Source: an uncultured Acidobacteriota bacterium (GTDB lineage: Bacteria > Actinomycetota > Acidimicrobiia > Spongiisociales > ZC4RG35). From it: 64,000 nucleotides of DNA. The stretch lies in assembly GCA_963711895.1 (NCBI GenBank), contig CAVQFU010000002.1, forward strand, positions 20,021 through 84,020, in the 5' to 3' direction. Within the stretch, counting starts at the first letter, position 1. Every line of letters starts with the position of its first letter. The notes below the pieces were generated by a model. That model was not told the DNA's origin and made no database searches. It worked only from the letters and a program-made list of their open reading frames with translations. This document shows, piece by piece, positions 9,225 to 18,799 of the stretch. Made by a program: the position numbers and the translations under genes.

Positions 9225-10238
9225 TCAATAGGCCACTTCCAGCAGTCGCCGATCCCGGGCTGACCGCTCGATCGCTTCGCAGACCTGGGCGCTGCGCAGA
9301 CCGTCCAGACCGGACGCGTCCGGCTCATCACCGCGAAGCACCGCATTGGTGAAAGCAGCGAGAGACAACCGATGCGCGTCGGGGGCGGGGTAGGGCGTGA
9401 TGGTCTCGCCGGCATCGGTGAGGATCGCCAGCTCGCCGTCGCTGCGAGATCGTGTGAAGGATCTGCCCACCATCCGGCCTTCGGTGCCATAGATCACGAT
9501 GTCGTTGAGTGGGTCGCGCAACGTCTCGTTGGCGTCGTATTGGACCATGACGCCATTCTCGAATCGCAACTGGATCAGCGCCAGCATCTCGACCTCGCCC
9601 GATCCAGGAGCCTGATCGAACATGGCCATCACCTCCACCGGATCCGATTGCAACAGGACCCTGAGGAAATCGAGCCCGTGCACACCGACGTTGTGCACCG
9701 AGCCCAGTCCGGCCATCACCGGGTCGGCCCGCCAGTTGTCGTAGTGACGCGGCCCCGAGGCGATTTGGAGTTGGACCACGCGGACACCGCCGATCGTCCC
9801 CTCGGCGATGAGATGGCTCACATCTCGAACCCAGGGGAGATGGCGGTTGTGGAAGTTGACCCCGAGCGAGACGCCCGCCGACTGGCAGGCATCGAGCGCG
9901 CGCCTCGCCTCGGCGACATTGTTGCCCAGGGGCTTGTCACAGAAGACGTGCTTGCCCGCACCGGCGGCCGCCACCACCTGGTCGGCGTGGAATACGTTTG
10001 GCGTGGCGATGAAGACGGCGTCCACTTCGGGGTTGGCCAGCATCTCGTCATAGTCGATGTAGGCGAAACGGGCGCCAAATTGCTTTGCAAACTCATCGGC
10101 CCGGCCCTGATCCCTGCTCACAGCAGCCACCAGATCGGAACCCGGTTCGGCAACCATTGCCGGCGCCATCGTGGAGCGCACGATGTTGCCGATGCCGATG
10201 ATCCCCCAGCGGAGCCTTCCTCGCTCCGACCCTGTCAC
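9225..10238 (-). CDS. Gfo/Idh/MocA oxidoreductase
   Basis: WGIIGIGNI, VDAVFIATPN..H, GKHVFCDKP. Confidence 0.92.
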   Translation of the reverse strand: MTGSERGRLRWGIIGIGNIVRSTMAPAMVAEPGSDLVAAVSRDQGRADEFAKQFGARFAYIDYDEMLANPEVDAVFIATPNVFHADQVVAAAGAGKHVFCDKPLGNNVAEARRALDACQSAGVSLGVNFHNRHLPWVRDVSHLIAEGTIGGVRVVQLQIASGPRHYDNWRADPVMAGLGSVHNVGVHGLDFLRVLLQSDPVEVMAMFDQAPGSGEVEMLALIQLRFENGVMVQYDANETLRDPLNDIVIYGTEGRMVGRSFTRSRSDGELAILTDAGETITPYPAPDAHRLSLAAFTNAVLRGDEPDASGLDGLRSAQVCEAIERSARDRRLLEVAY

Positions 10239-11233
10239 GACAAGCCCAGGATCCTGGCCGGGTTTCCGCTGAGGATTGCCTGCTTCTCGCCAGCCGTCAG
10301 TTCCGGAAGGCCGTCGATCCAGTTGACCGCGTCGTGCTGCACCATCGGCGCCGGATAGTCGGTGCCGAGCACGACCAGGTCGATGCCGACTGCGTCGATC
10401 AGGAAGCGGAGGGCAGGCCCGCTGTATGTGCAGGAGTCGTAGAAGAACCGGCCGAGGTAGTCGCTTGGCGGCATCGCCTGGGCGAACCCGTCGCCCTTTC
10501 CGAATGGAGGGATGAACCCTTCGCCCGAATCGGGCTCCAACGCCCCCGCCACTTTGTCCATCCTGGCCACACCGAAGGAGGTGAACCCACCGCCGTGTGC
10601 CAGGTACGGCTTGAGCTCGGGGCAGCGATCGAGGACACCGCCGAAGACCAGGGTGGCGAAGACGAGTGCGCGCTCGGTGAGGTTGCCCACCGCGTTGCCG
10701 AGCTTGTAACGACGGATGCGGTGGTTGACCACCGTGTCCCCGCCCTGATGAAAGAACACGATCGCACCCAGCTCCTCGGCTGCGGTGAAGAAGGGGAGGA
10801 AATCCGGCTCGTCATACGTCCGGCCCGCCACGTGATCACTGACGATCACGCCTTCCAGGCCGAGGTGTCTCATTGCTCGCTCCATCTCGGCGATTGCGCT
10901 CGGCGGGTCCTGCATCGGCAACGTGGCCAAGCCGGAGAACCGGTCCGGGTGCGCCGCCACTATCTCGCCGATCTCGTCGTTGCACTCCCGGGCGATCCGT
11001 CGGGTCACATCCAGCTCGTTCCCGTACTGATAGAAGCCGACAGTCGGGGTGACCAGTTGCATGTCGACACCGAGGGAATCCATCTCCTCGAGACGCTGGT
11101 CGAGCATCTTGTCGAAACCACCTAGACCCAGCTCGCCGGGCACCGCGTCGAGCCCGTGCCACTCGCCTCGCTCCGAGATCGCCTTCTTGTACCGCTCCGG
11201 GGTGACGTGGGCGTGCATGTCGATCACGGGCAT
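10235..11233 (-). CDS. amidohydrolase_2 family (ACMSD-like decarboxylase/hydratase)
   Basis: IDMHAH, LAHGGG and LGTDYP motifs. Confidence 0.9.
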   Translation of the reverse strand: MPVIDMHAHVTPERYKKAISERGEWHGLDAVPGELGLGGFDKMLDQRLEEMDSLGVDMQLVTPTVGFYQYGNELDVTRRIARECNDEIGEIVAAHPDRFSGLATLPMQDPPSAIAEMERAMRHLGLEGVIVSDHVAGRTYDEPDFLPFFTAAEELGAIVFFHQGGDTVVNHRIRRYKLGNAVGNLTERALVFATLVFGGVLDRCPELKPYLAHGGGFTSFGVARMDKVAGALEPDSGEGFIPPFGKGDGFAQAMPPSDYLGRFFYDSCTYSGPALRFLIDAVGIDLVVLGTDYPAPMVQHDAVNWIDGLPELTAGEKQAILSGNPARILGLS

Positions 11234-11283
11234 TCCGGATCGATATTACATTATGCATTCTACCGAACTGACTGGGAGATCCG

Positions 11284-12057
11284 ATGCCCGAGCTGATGAA
11301 ACACCGCCTGCAACGAGGGGAACGATTGGTGGTCTTCGCCGTGGGCCGGATGTTCCATCACAACCTCATCCACTACCTGGGCATGGCGGGTGGCTTCGAT
11401 GGTTTTTGGATCGATGTCGAGCATGGAGGGCTCAGTACCCAGGACATCGAGATCGCGGCCACCGCCGGGATGGCACACGAGCTCGATTGCTTCGTCCGGT
11501 TGCCACCGACCGATTACGCCACGGTTACGCGTTGTTTCGAGAGCGGTGCCACCGGGGTGATGGCCGCCCAGATCAAGAGTGCCGAGGAAGCCGATGAGTT
11601 CGTCCGCTGGGCCAAGTTCGCCCCTCGGGGACGGCGGGGGCTGAATCCACTCGGCTTTGACGGAAGGTACGGGACGATCCCGCTGGCCGAGTTCGCCGAG
11701 CAGGCCAATCGGGACACGTTCGTCGCAATACAGATCGAGACGGCGCAGGCGGTTGACGAGGTCGACGACATAGCCGCCGTCGACGGAGTGGACCTCCTGT
11801 TCGTGGGACCGTCCGATCTGAGTCAGGCGGTGGGCGTGATCGGCGACTTCATGGGCGATGCCTCGATTGCCGCAGTGGACCGTGTTGCCGCTGCTTGCCG
11901 TGCCCACGGCAAACAATGGGGGGCGGTGACGCCAAACCCTGAGTACGCCACCATGCTCATCGACAAGGGTTGCACCCTGATCTCGCCGGTCAACGACGTC
12001 AAGCTGGTGACCACAGGTCTGGATGCGATGAAAGACGCCTACTCGATGCTCTGGTGA
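11284..12057 (+). CDS. HpcH/HpaI aldolase
   Basis: IDVEHG, QIET, FVGPSDLS. Confidence 0.92.
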   Translation: MPELMKHRLQRGERLVVFAVGRMFHHNLIHYLGMAGGFDGFWIDVEHGGLSTQDIEIAATAGMAHELDCFVRLPPTDYATVTRCFESGATGVMAAQIKSAEEADEFVRWAKFAPRGRRGLNPLGFDGRYGTIPLAEFAEQANRDTFVAIQIETAQAVDEVDDIAAVDGVDLLFVGPSDLSQAVGVIGDFMGDASIAAVDRVAAACRAHGKQWGAVTPNPEYATMLIDKGCTLISPVNDVKLVTTGLDAMKDAYSMLW

Positions 12058-12749
12058 GTTTCTAGCCGGCGCGGCCCCAGTTTCGACTTGGCATCGAGCT
12101 CGAAAGCCTCGAGGGGCAGGCTGATGTGACCGTGCTGGATCTCGATGGCCCGATCGGCCTCGCCCGCCTGAAACGCGTCGAGGAGAGCGAAGTGATCCGC
12201 AATGGCTTTTCGCCGGATCTCGGGATGGAGTTGCTGCGCCTGGGCCACGAACACTCCACCCGCCTCCTCCAACGAGAGGAGGACACTGCTCAAACGCCGG
12301 CTCCGGGTCGCCTTGTGGAAAATGGAGTGAAACTGGATGTTGGTCTGCACCCAGGAACCCAGGTCCTCCTCCTCGGAGAGCTGGGTCGCCACCTGTTGCG
12401 CTTCCTGCAGCTCTTCCGGGGTGATCTGTGCCAGCGCCCGGTGGATGGCCAGTCCTTCCAGGGACCGGCGCATCTCCACGATCTCCACCATCTCGTCCCA
12501 ATCCGGCATGCGGACGGTGCCGATCCGATGACTGTCGAGTGTGATCAGCCCCTCACTGGCCAGATCCCGCATCGCTTCCCGGACCGGTGTCGTGCTGACA
12601 TCGAGCTGCGCCGCGATGTCGGTCTGTACCAGCCGTGTCCCCCCGGGCAGGTCACCACGCAGGATCGCAGTGCGCAGGGCATCCCTGACCAGGTCGACGG
12701 CGGTGACCCGTCGGGAACGCGAGATATCAAGGCGGAGCCGGTCCTCCAC
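12039..12749 (-). CDS. GntR (FadR/FCD) transcriptional regulator
   Basis: LRTAILRGDLPGGTRL..VSTTPVREAMRDL HTH and FCD N..FH motif. Start uncertain. Confidence 0.9.
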   Translation of the reverse strand: MEDRLRLDISRSRRVTAVDLVRDALRTAILRGDLPGGTRLVQTDIAAQLDVSTTPVREAMRDLASEGLITLDSHRIGTVRMPDWDEMVEIVEMRRSLEGLAIHRALAQITPEELQEAQQVATQLSEEEDLGSWVQTNIQFHSIFHKATRSRRLSSVLLSLEEAGGVFVAQAQQLHPEIRRKAIADHFALLDAFQAGEADRAIEIQHGHISLPLEAFELDAKSKLGPRRLETHQSIE

Positions 12750-12812
12750 GTCCTGTACTATACCGAATATAGAGCGTATGATCCTGACCCTTCCGGAGAC
12801 CAGGAGGGAACA

Positions 12813-14033
12813 ATCTCCAGATACGCCAAGGGGCCATTCGCCGTCGACTGGGAGGATCGATACGACTTCGCCGAGCTTCGACGGCAGCGAGTGACCAAGG
12901 CCCATGAAGCTCTCGCCGACTCGGATGCCGATGCCGTCCTTGTCTGGAAGGACGAGAACGTCCGCTATCTCACGTCGCTGCGGGCGCAATTGATCGCCGG
13001 CAAGACCACATCCTTGAATGGCGCCCTCCTCACTGCCGATGACGATCCGGTCCTGTTGGGTTCGGGTGGTGAGATCGACAAGGCCAGATTCGGGATGAGC
13101 TGGATCGGTGAGGCCCACGCCGTCCCCATAATGGAGCAGAGGGAGCTCGTCGATGGGTTCGTCAGGGACATCCTGATCCCGCTTCTCCAGACCCGGGGCC
13201 TGACCACGGGGCGACTTGCCGTCGACCAGGCCAACATCTCCTTCATCGACTCGATGCGATCACATCTCCCCGACCTGGAGCTGGTCGATGGCGACACCGT
13301 CATGCAGCAGGCGCGATGGATCAAGACCGACGTCGAGGTGGCCGTGATCGAGGAGGCCTGCGCTATTGGCGACTCGGTTACCCAACGGGCACTGGATGAG
13401 ACCCGGGCCGGCCGTCGCGAGCTCGACGTGGCGGCCGACGCCATGCAGACGCTGTTCCAGCTTGGTGGCGAGATGGCGCATGTGATCACCCCGTTCGTTG
13501 CCACCGGAGAGCACATGTCGCCTCCCCACCGGCTCGCCACCGACAAGATCATCCGCAACCAGGATCTGTGCTTCATCGACATCGGCGCCATGTGGAACGG
13601 GTACTTCGCCGACATCGGGCGGACCACGATCGTGGGAAAGCCGTCACGGGAGCAGCAGGACATATACACCGCCGTCTACGAAGGTTTGATGGCCGGGATC
13701 GCAGCGATGCGTCCTGGGAACACGAACCAGGACTGCGCCGACGCCATCATCGGCAAGATCGCCGAGCACGGCCTCGCCGATCATCTGTTCAGTCTCTTCA
13801 TCGGGCACGGGATCGGGATGGGAGCCAACGAGCCGCCCTACATCGGTGAGACGCTGCCCGGGAGCCACCATCTACGAGTTCGAGCCCAACATGGTGTTCG
13901 CGGTCGAACCACTGGTATGGGTGCCCAACGTGCGCGGGGGTGGCGGTGTCCGTCTCGAGGACATGGTTCTCATCACCGAGGCGAACCGCACCTCCTCTCC
14001 CGGGTGGAGTACGAGGAGCGTCTGCTCGTCTAA
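12813..14033 (+). CDS. second M24-family protein; ATC at the expected start and two compensating indels near the 3' end
   Basis: IDIGAMWNGYFADIGRT and GHGIG are in the main frame. FAVEP and GVRLED are in a shifted frame (about 13860-13980). Confidence 0.8.
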   Translation: MSRYAKGPFAVDWEDRYDFAELRRQRVTKAHEALADSDADAVLVWKDENVRYLTSLRAQLIAGKTTSLNGALLTADDDPVLLGSGGEIDKARFGMSWIGEAHAVPIMEQRELVDGFVRDILIPLLQTRGLTTGRLAVDQANISFIDSMRSHLPDLELVDGDTVMQQARWIKTDVEVAVIEEACAIGDSVTQRALDETRAGRRELDVAADAMQTLFQLGGEMAHVITPFVATGEHMSPPHRLATDKIIRNQDLCFIDIGAMWNGYFADIGRTTIVGKPSREQQDIYTAVYEGLMAGIAAMRPGNTNQDCADAIIGKIAEHGLADHLFSLFIGHGIGMGANEPPYIGETLPGSHHLRVRAQHGVRGRTTGMGAQRARGWRCPSRGHGSHHRGEPHLLSRVEYEERLLV

Positions 14034-14960
14034 CCGGCCAGCGCCGTCATCACCTTCTCGACGATCGTCCTGGCCACCCGATCGACCGATTCGCGGGTGT
14101 TGCCCGCTACGTGCGGCGTGAGGAGCAGGTTGGGGACGGTGGCGAACACGCGGCCGGCTCAGGTCCCAGCGGCTCCGAGGCGAAAACATCGAGAGCGGCG
14201 CCTCCGAGCTTTCCGTCGAGCAGAGCCTCGCGCGAGAGCCGTCTCGTCGACGATGCCGCCCCTGGATGTGTTGATCAGGACCGCCGTCGGCTTCATGCGC
14301 TCCAAGGCGGGTGCGTCGATGAGGTTGCGGGTGTCGTCGCTCAACGGGACATGGACACTGATCACGTCGGCGGAGGCGAGCAGTGTCTCCAGGTCGCATG
14401 CTGCGAACCGTCCCCCACGCCGGGTCATCGTCGGGCACGAACGGATCGTGGGCGATGACCTCCATTTCCAACCCGGCGGCCCGCTTAGCGACCTGTCGAG
14501 CGATGGAGCCGAAGCCGACGAGCCCCATCGTCTTCCCCATGAGCTCGTGTCCGAATGCATGTCCCTGACGGGGCCACTCCCCGGCGATCATCGACGGTGT
14601 CATGCTGAAGACATCCCTGACGACCACCAGCATCGCTCCGATCACATATTCGGCGACCGAGACCGCGTTCTCGCCGGCGGCGGATATCACCTGCACCCCG
14701 GCCTGCTCACAGCCATTCATGTCGATGTTGTCGAGACCGACGCCGAGCCTTCCGACCACGCGCAGATCGGGTGCAGCCGCGATCAACTCCTCGTCGACCC
14801 GGGTGCGATTGCGGGTGAACAAGGCTTCGACACCGGCCAGCTGAGGGAGGAGCCGGCTCCGATCTGTGCAGAGGTCGGGGTCGTAAACCACAGCGTGATG
14901 TGTCCGAAGCAGATCGAGTTGCTCATCGGGCAGGTACTCCGAGACCAGGATGTTGCTCAT
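14030..14960 (-). pseudogene. D-2-hydroxyacid (SerA-like) dehydrogenase, multiply frameshifted (possibly sequencing error)
   Basis: GVGLDNID and GLVGFGSI are in one frame, SVHVPL..T and INTSRG in a second, and the C-terminus in others. Confidence 0.75.
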
Positions 14961-14963
14961 CCG

Positions 14964-15899
14964 CTATTTGCCGGATCCGGACACCAGTCCGGCCACCACA
15001 TATCTCTCCACCCGGGTGTAGACCAGGACGAAGGGGAGCACCGTCAGCAGTGTGAATGCCGCCTCGGCGGGGAAGTTGGCCAGACCCTCGATGCCCTGCA
15101 TCAGGTAGAGCTCGAAAGGAAGGGTGCGCTTCCCCGGCGTGCTGGTGAGCACGAGCACCAGCGTGAACTCGTTCCAGGCCTCGCGGAAGGCGAGCACCCC
15201 GATGGTGATCATGGCCGGAGCGGCGAGAGGGACCACGATGTAGCGGAGACGGGTCCAGAGCGTGGCCCCGTCGACGTTGGCCGCCTCCTCGATGTCGCGT
15301 GGGATCTGCTGGAAGAAGCCCACCATGAGCCACACAGCGAGCGGAAGCAGCATGCCCGTGTAGACGATGATCAACGTCGTCCGCTTGTCGAGTTGACCGG
15401 TCGCCACCGCCAACCGGTAGATCGGCACCATGATCCCGAGACTCGGCACCAGACGGGGGAGGAGCGTGAACAGCAGGAGCAGATGGCGGCCCCTGAACCG
15501 GAATCGGGCGAAGGCGTAGGCGGCGGGCACCCCGATCGCCAGGGTGAGGATTGTCGTGCCGACCCCCACGATGACGCTGTTGACGAAGGACGAGGTGAAG
15601 CTCTCGCTGGAGAGCACCTCCCTGTAGGCGTCGAGCGTGGGATCTCTCGGTATCAGGCTCGGTTCGGAGAAGACATCCCCCTTCTCCTTGAACGACACCG
15701 AGGTGGTGACGACGAAAGGAGCCACGGTCCAGATGACGAGTGCGATGAGGGGAATGGCGAGGAGGAACTGCCGGATCCCCCGGCGGAACCCACCGCCGGC
15801 CGGCCGCTTCTGCTCCCGTGTCGGGCCGGTCACCGCCCCTGCGGCTGCTGCCGTCTCCGCGGCCAAGGGCACGCCGCCGGGTCGTGGCGCGTCGGTCAT
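14964..15899 (-). CDS. carbohydrate ABC permease
   Basis: IPRDIEEAANVDGA EAA motif and TM helices. Confidence 0.92.
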   Translation of the reverse strand: MTDAPRPGGVPLAAETAAAAGAVTGPTREQKRPAGGGFRRGIRQFLLAIPLIALVIWTVAPFVVTTSVSFKEKGDVFSEPSLIPRDPTLDAYREVLSSESFTSSFVNSVIVGVGTTILTLAIGVPAAYAFARFRFRGRHLLLLFTLLPRLVPSLGIMVPIYRLAVATGQLDKRTTLIIVYTGMLLPLAVWLMVGFFQQIPRDIEEAANVDGATLWTRLRYIVVPLAAPAMITIGVLAFREAWNEFTLVLVLTSTPGKRTLPFELYLMQGIEGLANFPAEAAFTLLTVLPFVLVYTRVERYVVAGLVSGSGK

Positions 15900-16852
15900 T
15901 GCTCGTACTCGTAGCGTCGGGCCACGCCCACGTAGGCCAGGGTGAGCACGGCGTTGAGAATGAGGATGAAGGTGGCGTTGGCCAGGGCCTGGTTGAACTC
16001 GAGGGCGCGGAACGCGACGGTGTACATCTCCATGGCGAGGGTCTGGGTGGCAAGGAGTGGCCCTCCACCGGTCATCGCCAGGACGACCCCGAGCCCGGTC
16101 AACGTGGAGTAGCTCAGCCAGACGGTGCTGATCACGAGTTGTGGTGTCAGCAGCGGGATGGTGAGAGATCGGGCCCGGGTCCATCCGGTCGCGCCGTCGA
16201 CGAGGGCGGCGTCGAGATAGGACTTGTCGATGGTCATGAGACCGCCGAGCAGGACAAGGATGGTCAGGGGGAGGTCGGTCCAGACCTGAGTCACGATGAC
16301 GACGAACATCGCCAGCCCTGGGTCGCTCAGCCATCCCAGGCCATCGAGACCGAAGAACTCGATCACCTGGTTCACCGCCCCGAACTGACTGTTGAAGAGG
16401 AGCCGGAACATGACGGCGGCGGCGACGTTCGAGATGATGTAGGGCGCCACGGTCACCGCGCGGAGGAAACGTAGTTTCCCCACCACCCGGAACAGGGCGA
16501 AGGAGAACAACAAGCCGAGGACCGTCCCGAGGATGAGAGAGCCGAACACGAACACCGCCGTTCGGTTGAGCGCGTGCCAGAACTCGGGCCCGGAGAACAT
16601 GTCGACGTAGTTCTCGAAGCCGACGAATTCGACCGGTGCCCCCAGGCTGGGAGCCCTGAAGAAGCTCTGCCACGTCCCGTAGATCACAGGGAAGCCGAGG
16701 ATGGCTGCCACCAGCAGGATGGCCGGCAGGCTGAAGATGTAGGGCGTGGCCTTGCTATGCCCGATCAGGGCATTGCCGTCACGGCCTCCGTTGCCGCCTT
16801 TGTCGGGGCGGCGGAGCAAGCGTCGCGCTCTGGTGATCGTGGTCGCGGTCAT
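15896..16852 (-). CDS. carbohydrate ABC permease
   Basis: FVGFENY and YLDAALVDGA. Confidence 0.92.
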   Translation of the reverse strand: MTATTITRARRLLRRPDKGGNGGRDGNALIGHSKATPYIFSLPAILLVAAILGFPVIYGTWQSFFRAPSLGAPVEFVGFENYVDMFSGPEFWHALNRTAVFVFGSLILGTVLGLLFSFALFRVVGKLRFLRAVTVAPYIISNVAAAVMFRLLFNSQFGAVNQVIEFFGLDGLGWLSDPGLAMFVVIVTQVWTDLPLTILVLLGGLMTIDKSYLDAALVDGATGWTRARSLTIPLLTPQLVISTVWLSYSTLTGLGVVLAMTGGGPLLATQTLAMEMYTVAFRALEFNQALANATFILILNAVLTLAYVGVARRYEYEQ

Positions 16853-16887
16853 TCAGACGCCTCTTCGAGACACCACTCCGAGCATGC

Positions 16888-16923
16888 CACACCCACGTTC
16901 ACGGGGTCGTGAACGTGGGTGTG
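16888..16923. terminator. perfect 16-bp hairpin between SBP and permease genes (mRNA stabiliser or partial terminator)
   Basis: cacacccacgttcacg-gggt-cgtgaacgtgggtgtg. Confidence 0.7.
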
Positions 16924-16946
16924 TCTGTCACGACACGGAGGCCGGG

Positions 16947-18302
16947 TCAGGGCGCCGTTTCGTCCAGCTGTGGCTGGTATTCGGCTGCCAGCTCCTCGGC
17001 GGTCTTCTCGGTCCCGACGACGATTTCGCCGAACATCTGCTCGAGGATGGCCTCGACTTCGCCTGCGTTCTCGCCGACCGGAGTCGGGGTGCTGTTCAGA
17101 TAGGCCTCTTTGACTTCCTCGGTGAAGAACGGCCAGAACTCCTGGAGTCGGGGATCTTCGATCGCTTCGGTCTGGCGCATGGGCACCGACCCGTTGCCGG
17201 CCGCCGCCACCAGGTTTTCGGTCTCGGCGATATAGCGGAGGATCAATGCCGCCGCGTCCGGGTTTTCCGACCCTGCGAGAACGGCCCAGGTCCGGGCCGC
17301 GTTGAGGGCTACGCCGCCTTCTGATACCGGGACCGGGGTCAGGTTCCAGATGTCGGGGTAGGTGAAATCACCGACGTCGTTGAAGTCACCGGCAGTGGTG
17401 AACCCGTCGAGGATCAGCCCGGCGTCACCTGAGATGAACGCGCCTCTGGCCTCGTCCTCGCCCCAGGCAATGGCCTCGGGTGGCAGCAGCTCTTCAGCGG
17501 CGGCCTGGAGGAACCAATTGATCGTGTAGAGGCCACCTTCCGATGTGAGGTCTGGGATCGGTCCTTCGAACGGTGTGCCGGATGCGGCGAGCACCGTCTT
17601 GAGTGTCGTGACCCCGTCACCGGCACGGGCTTGAACGGTGAGCGGGATGCCATCCGGCCGGGCTTCCTTCATCGCTCGCATCCCGTCGAGCACCGCGTCG
17701 AGCGAGTCGAAGGGCACAGTCACCCCCGCCTCCTCGAACCAAGCGGAGTTGTAGTAGAGGATGTCGAAGTTGGCCGTGACCGACATGCCGGTCTTGGTTC
17801 CGTCCTCGAGGGCCGTCTCCTCCCAGACCAGGGGAAGGAGCAGTCCATAGGTGTCGGGCTCTTCCTCTTCCCACTGGGCCGCGATGTCGTCGTGGGACTC
17901 GACCAGCTCGGCGTCGTAGAAGGTCTCGAGGAGGAATGAGTCCTCAGCGCCGAGGATGTCCGGCAGGGGTTGGCCGGCGTCACGCATCCGGAGCATCTGT
18001 TGGAGCATGTCGTCGTTGGCCTGGATGTCGAAGGTGACGTTGACGCCCGTCTCCTCGGTGAAACTGGCGAACTGATCTGGCGGGATGTAGTAGTCGCGCG
18101 AGGCCCACACCAGAAGGTCGCCTTCGCCGGCTGGCTCCTCGCCTCCAGCGGCGGTGGTGTCGGTGCCGCCAGCGGCTGTCGTGTCGGTGCCACCCCCGGC
18201 CGTCGTGCTCGTGTCCCCGCCTTCGCTGGCGCATGCCGCTATCACGAGCCCGAGGACCAATAGAAGGGCAAGCATTCGCTGTCGTCCCGGTTTGAAGATC
18301 AT
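16947..18302 (-). CDS. sugar ABC substrate-binding lipoprotein
   Basis: Lipobox IAAC, Thr/Gly-rich linker, LYYNSAWFEEAGV. Confidence 0.88.
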   Translation of the reverse strand: MIFKPGRQRMLALLLVLGLVIAACASEGGDTSTTAGGGTDTTAAGGTDTTAAGGEEPAGEGDLLVWASRDYYIPPDQFASFTEETGVNVTFDIQANDDMLQQMLRMRDAGQPLPDILGAEDSFLLETFYDAELVESHDDIAAQWEEEEPDTYGLLLPLVWEETALEDGTKTGMSVTANFDILYYNSAWFEEAGVTVPFDSLDAVLDGMRAMKEARPDGIPLTVQARAGDGVTTLKTVLAASGTPFEGPIPDLTSEGGLYTINWFLQAAAEELLPPEAIAWGEDEARGAFISGDAGLILDGFTTAGDFNDVGDFTYPDIWNLTPVPVSEGGVALNAARTWAVLAGSENPDAAALILRYIAETENLVAAAGNGSVPMRQTEAIEDPRLQEFWPFFTEEVKEAYLNSTPTPVGENAGEVEAILEQMFGEIVVGTEKTAEELAAEYQPQLDETAP

Positions 18303-18422
18303 TGCCTCACTCCTCCGTGTCAAAAGGCTTGGTCCCCGAACCAAGCAGCAGGCACAGGGGACCTGTCCTGCACAATGCAAAATACTTACTATTGAGTGAC
18401 CGGTCAACAGACCCTGCGTGCA

Positions 18423-18472
18423 CGAACCTCAGCTTCTCCGACCCGGATACGGGCCAAATCGTCTCGAGTTCG
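18423..18472 (+). repeat. about 50-bp REP-like unit, homologous to 37493-37541 and 37563-37611
   Basis: gaacctcagcttc...cccggatacggg..aatcgtctc.agttcg aligns with the two copies downstream of prfA. Confidence 0.7.
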
Positions 18473-18520
18473 GCTGGCCGAGTGACTGTCTGCTGCGATA
18501 CTCACAACCCACAACTCCTT

Positions 18521-18675
18521 TGGGGGGTGGTGTAACCGGTAGCACCGTCAGGTACGGGGTCCTGCAAGGGCGGGTTGCATTTGCCGTCACCGTTAATCTT
18601 CGTGAGTCCCCGATGGGGGGTGGTGTGACCGGTAGCACCGTCAGGTACGGGGTCCTGCAAGAGCGTCACCGTTAA
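18521..18675 (+). repeat. two degenerate tandem copies of the 5' two-thirds of tRNA-Gln (starts 18521 and 18614)
   Basis: TGGGGGGTGGTGT(A/G)ACCGGTAGCAC...GGTCCTGCAAG is shared with the tRNA at 18701. The anticodon loop is altered and there is no proper acceptor 3' strand. Confidence 0.85.
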
Positions 18676-18700
18676 CCTGTCGACGGCCATCAACCACCTT

Positions 18701-18772
18701 TGGGGGGTGGTGTAACCGGTAGCACAGCAGGTTTTGGTCCTGCAAGAGCGGGTTCGAGCCCTGCCCCCCCAG
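18701..18772 (+). tRNA. tRNA-Gln(UUG)
   Basis: Cloverleaf: TGGGGGG/CCCCCCA acceptor, GCAGG-TTTTGGT-CCTGC anticodon arm, GGTTCGAGCC T arm. It lies upstream of glmU, as usual in Actinomycetota. Confidence 0.95.
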
Positions 18773-18799
18773 CTCATCAGGTCTTAGATATATAGAGAG

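Noticed and set aside
13850-14420. Multiple frameshifts in the M24 and SerA-like genes as programmed frameshifting
   Set aside because: Indels of both signs cluster across two convergent genes at short homopolymers, which is typical of a low-quality consensus.
18549-18566. The 8-nt loop (CGGG) in the tRNA-like repeats as a +1 frameshift suppressor for CCCG at 13857
   Set aside because: The copies lack a proper acceptor stem and U33, and that gene also needs an opposite shift. Probably a coincidence.
18521-18772. CRISPR array
   Set aside because: The repeats are tRNA-derived, the spacers share sequence, and no cas genes are in the window.
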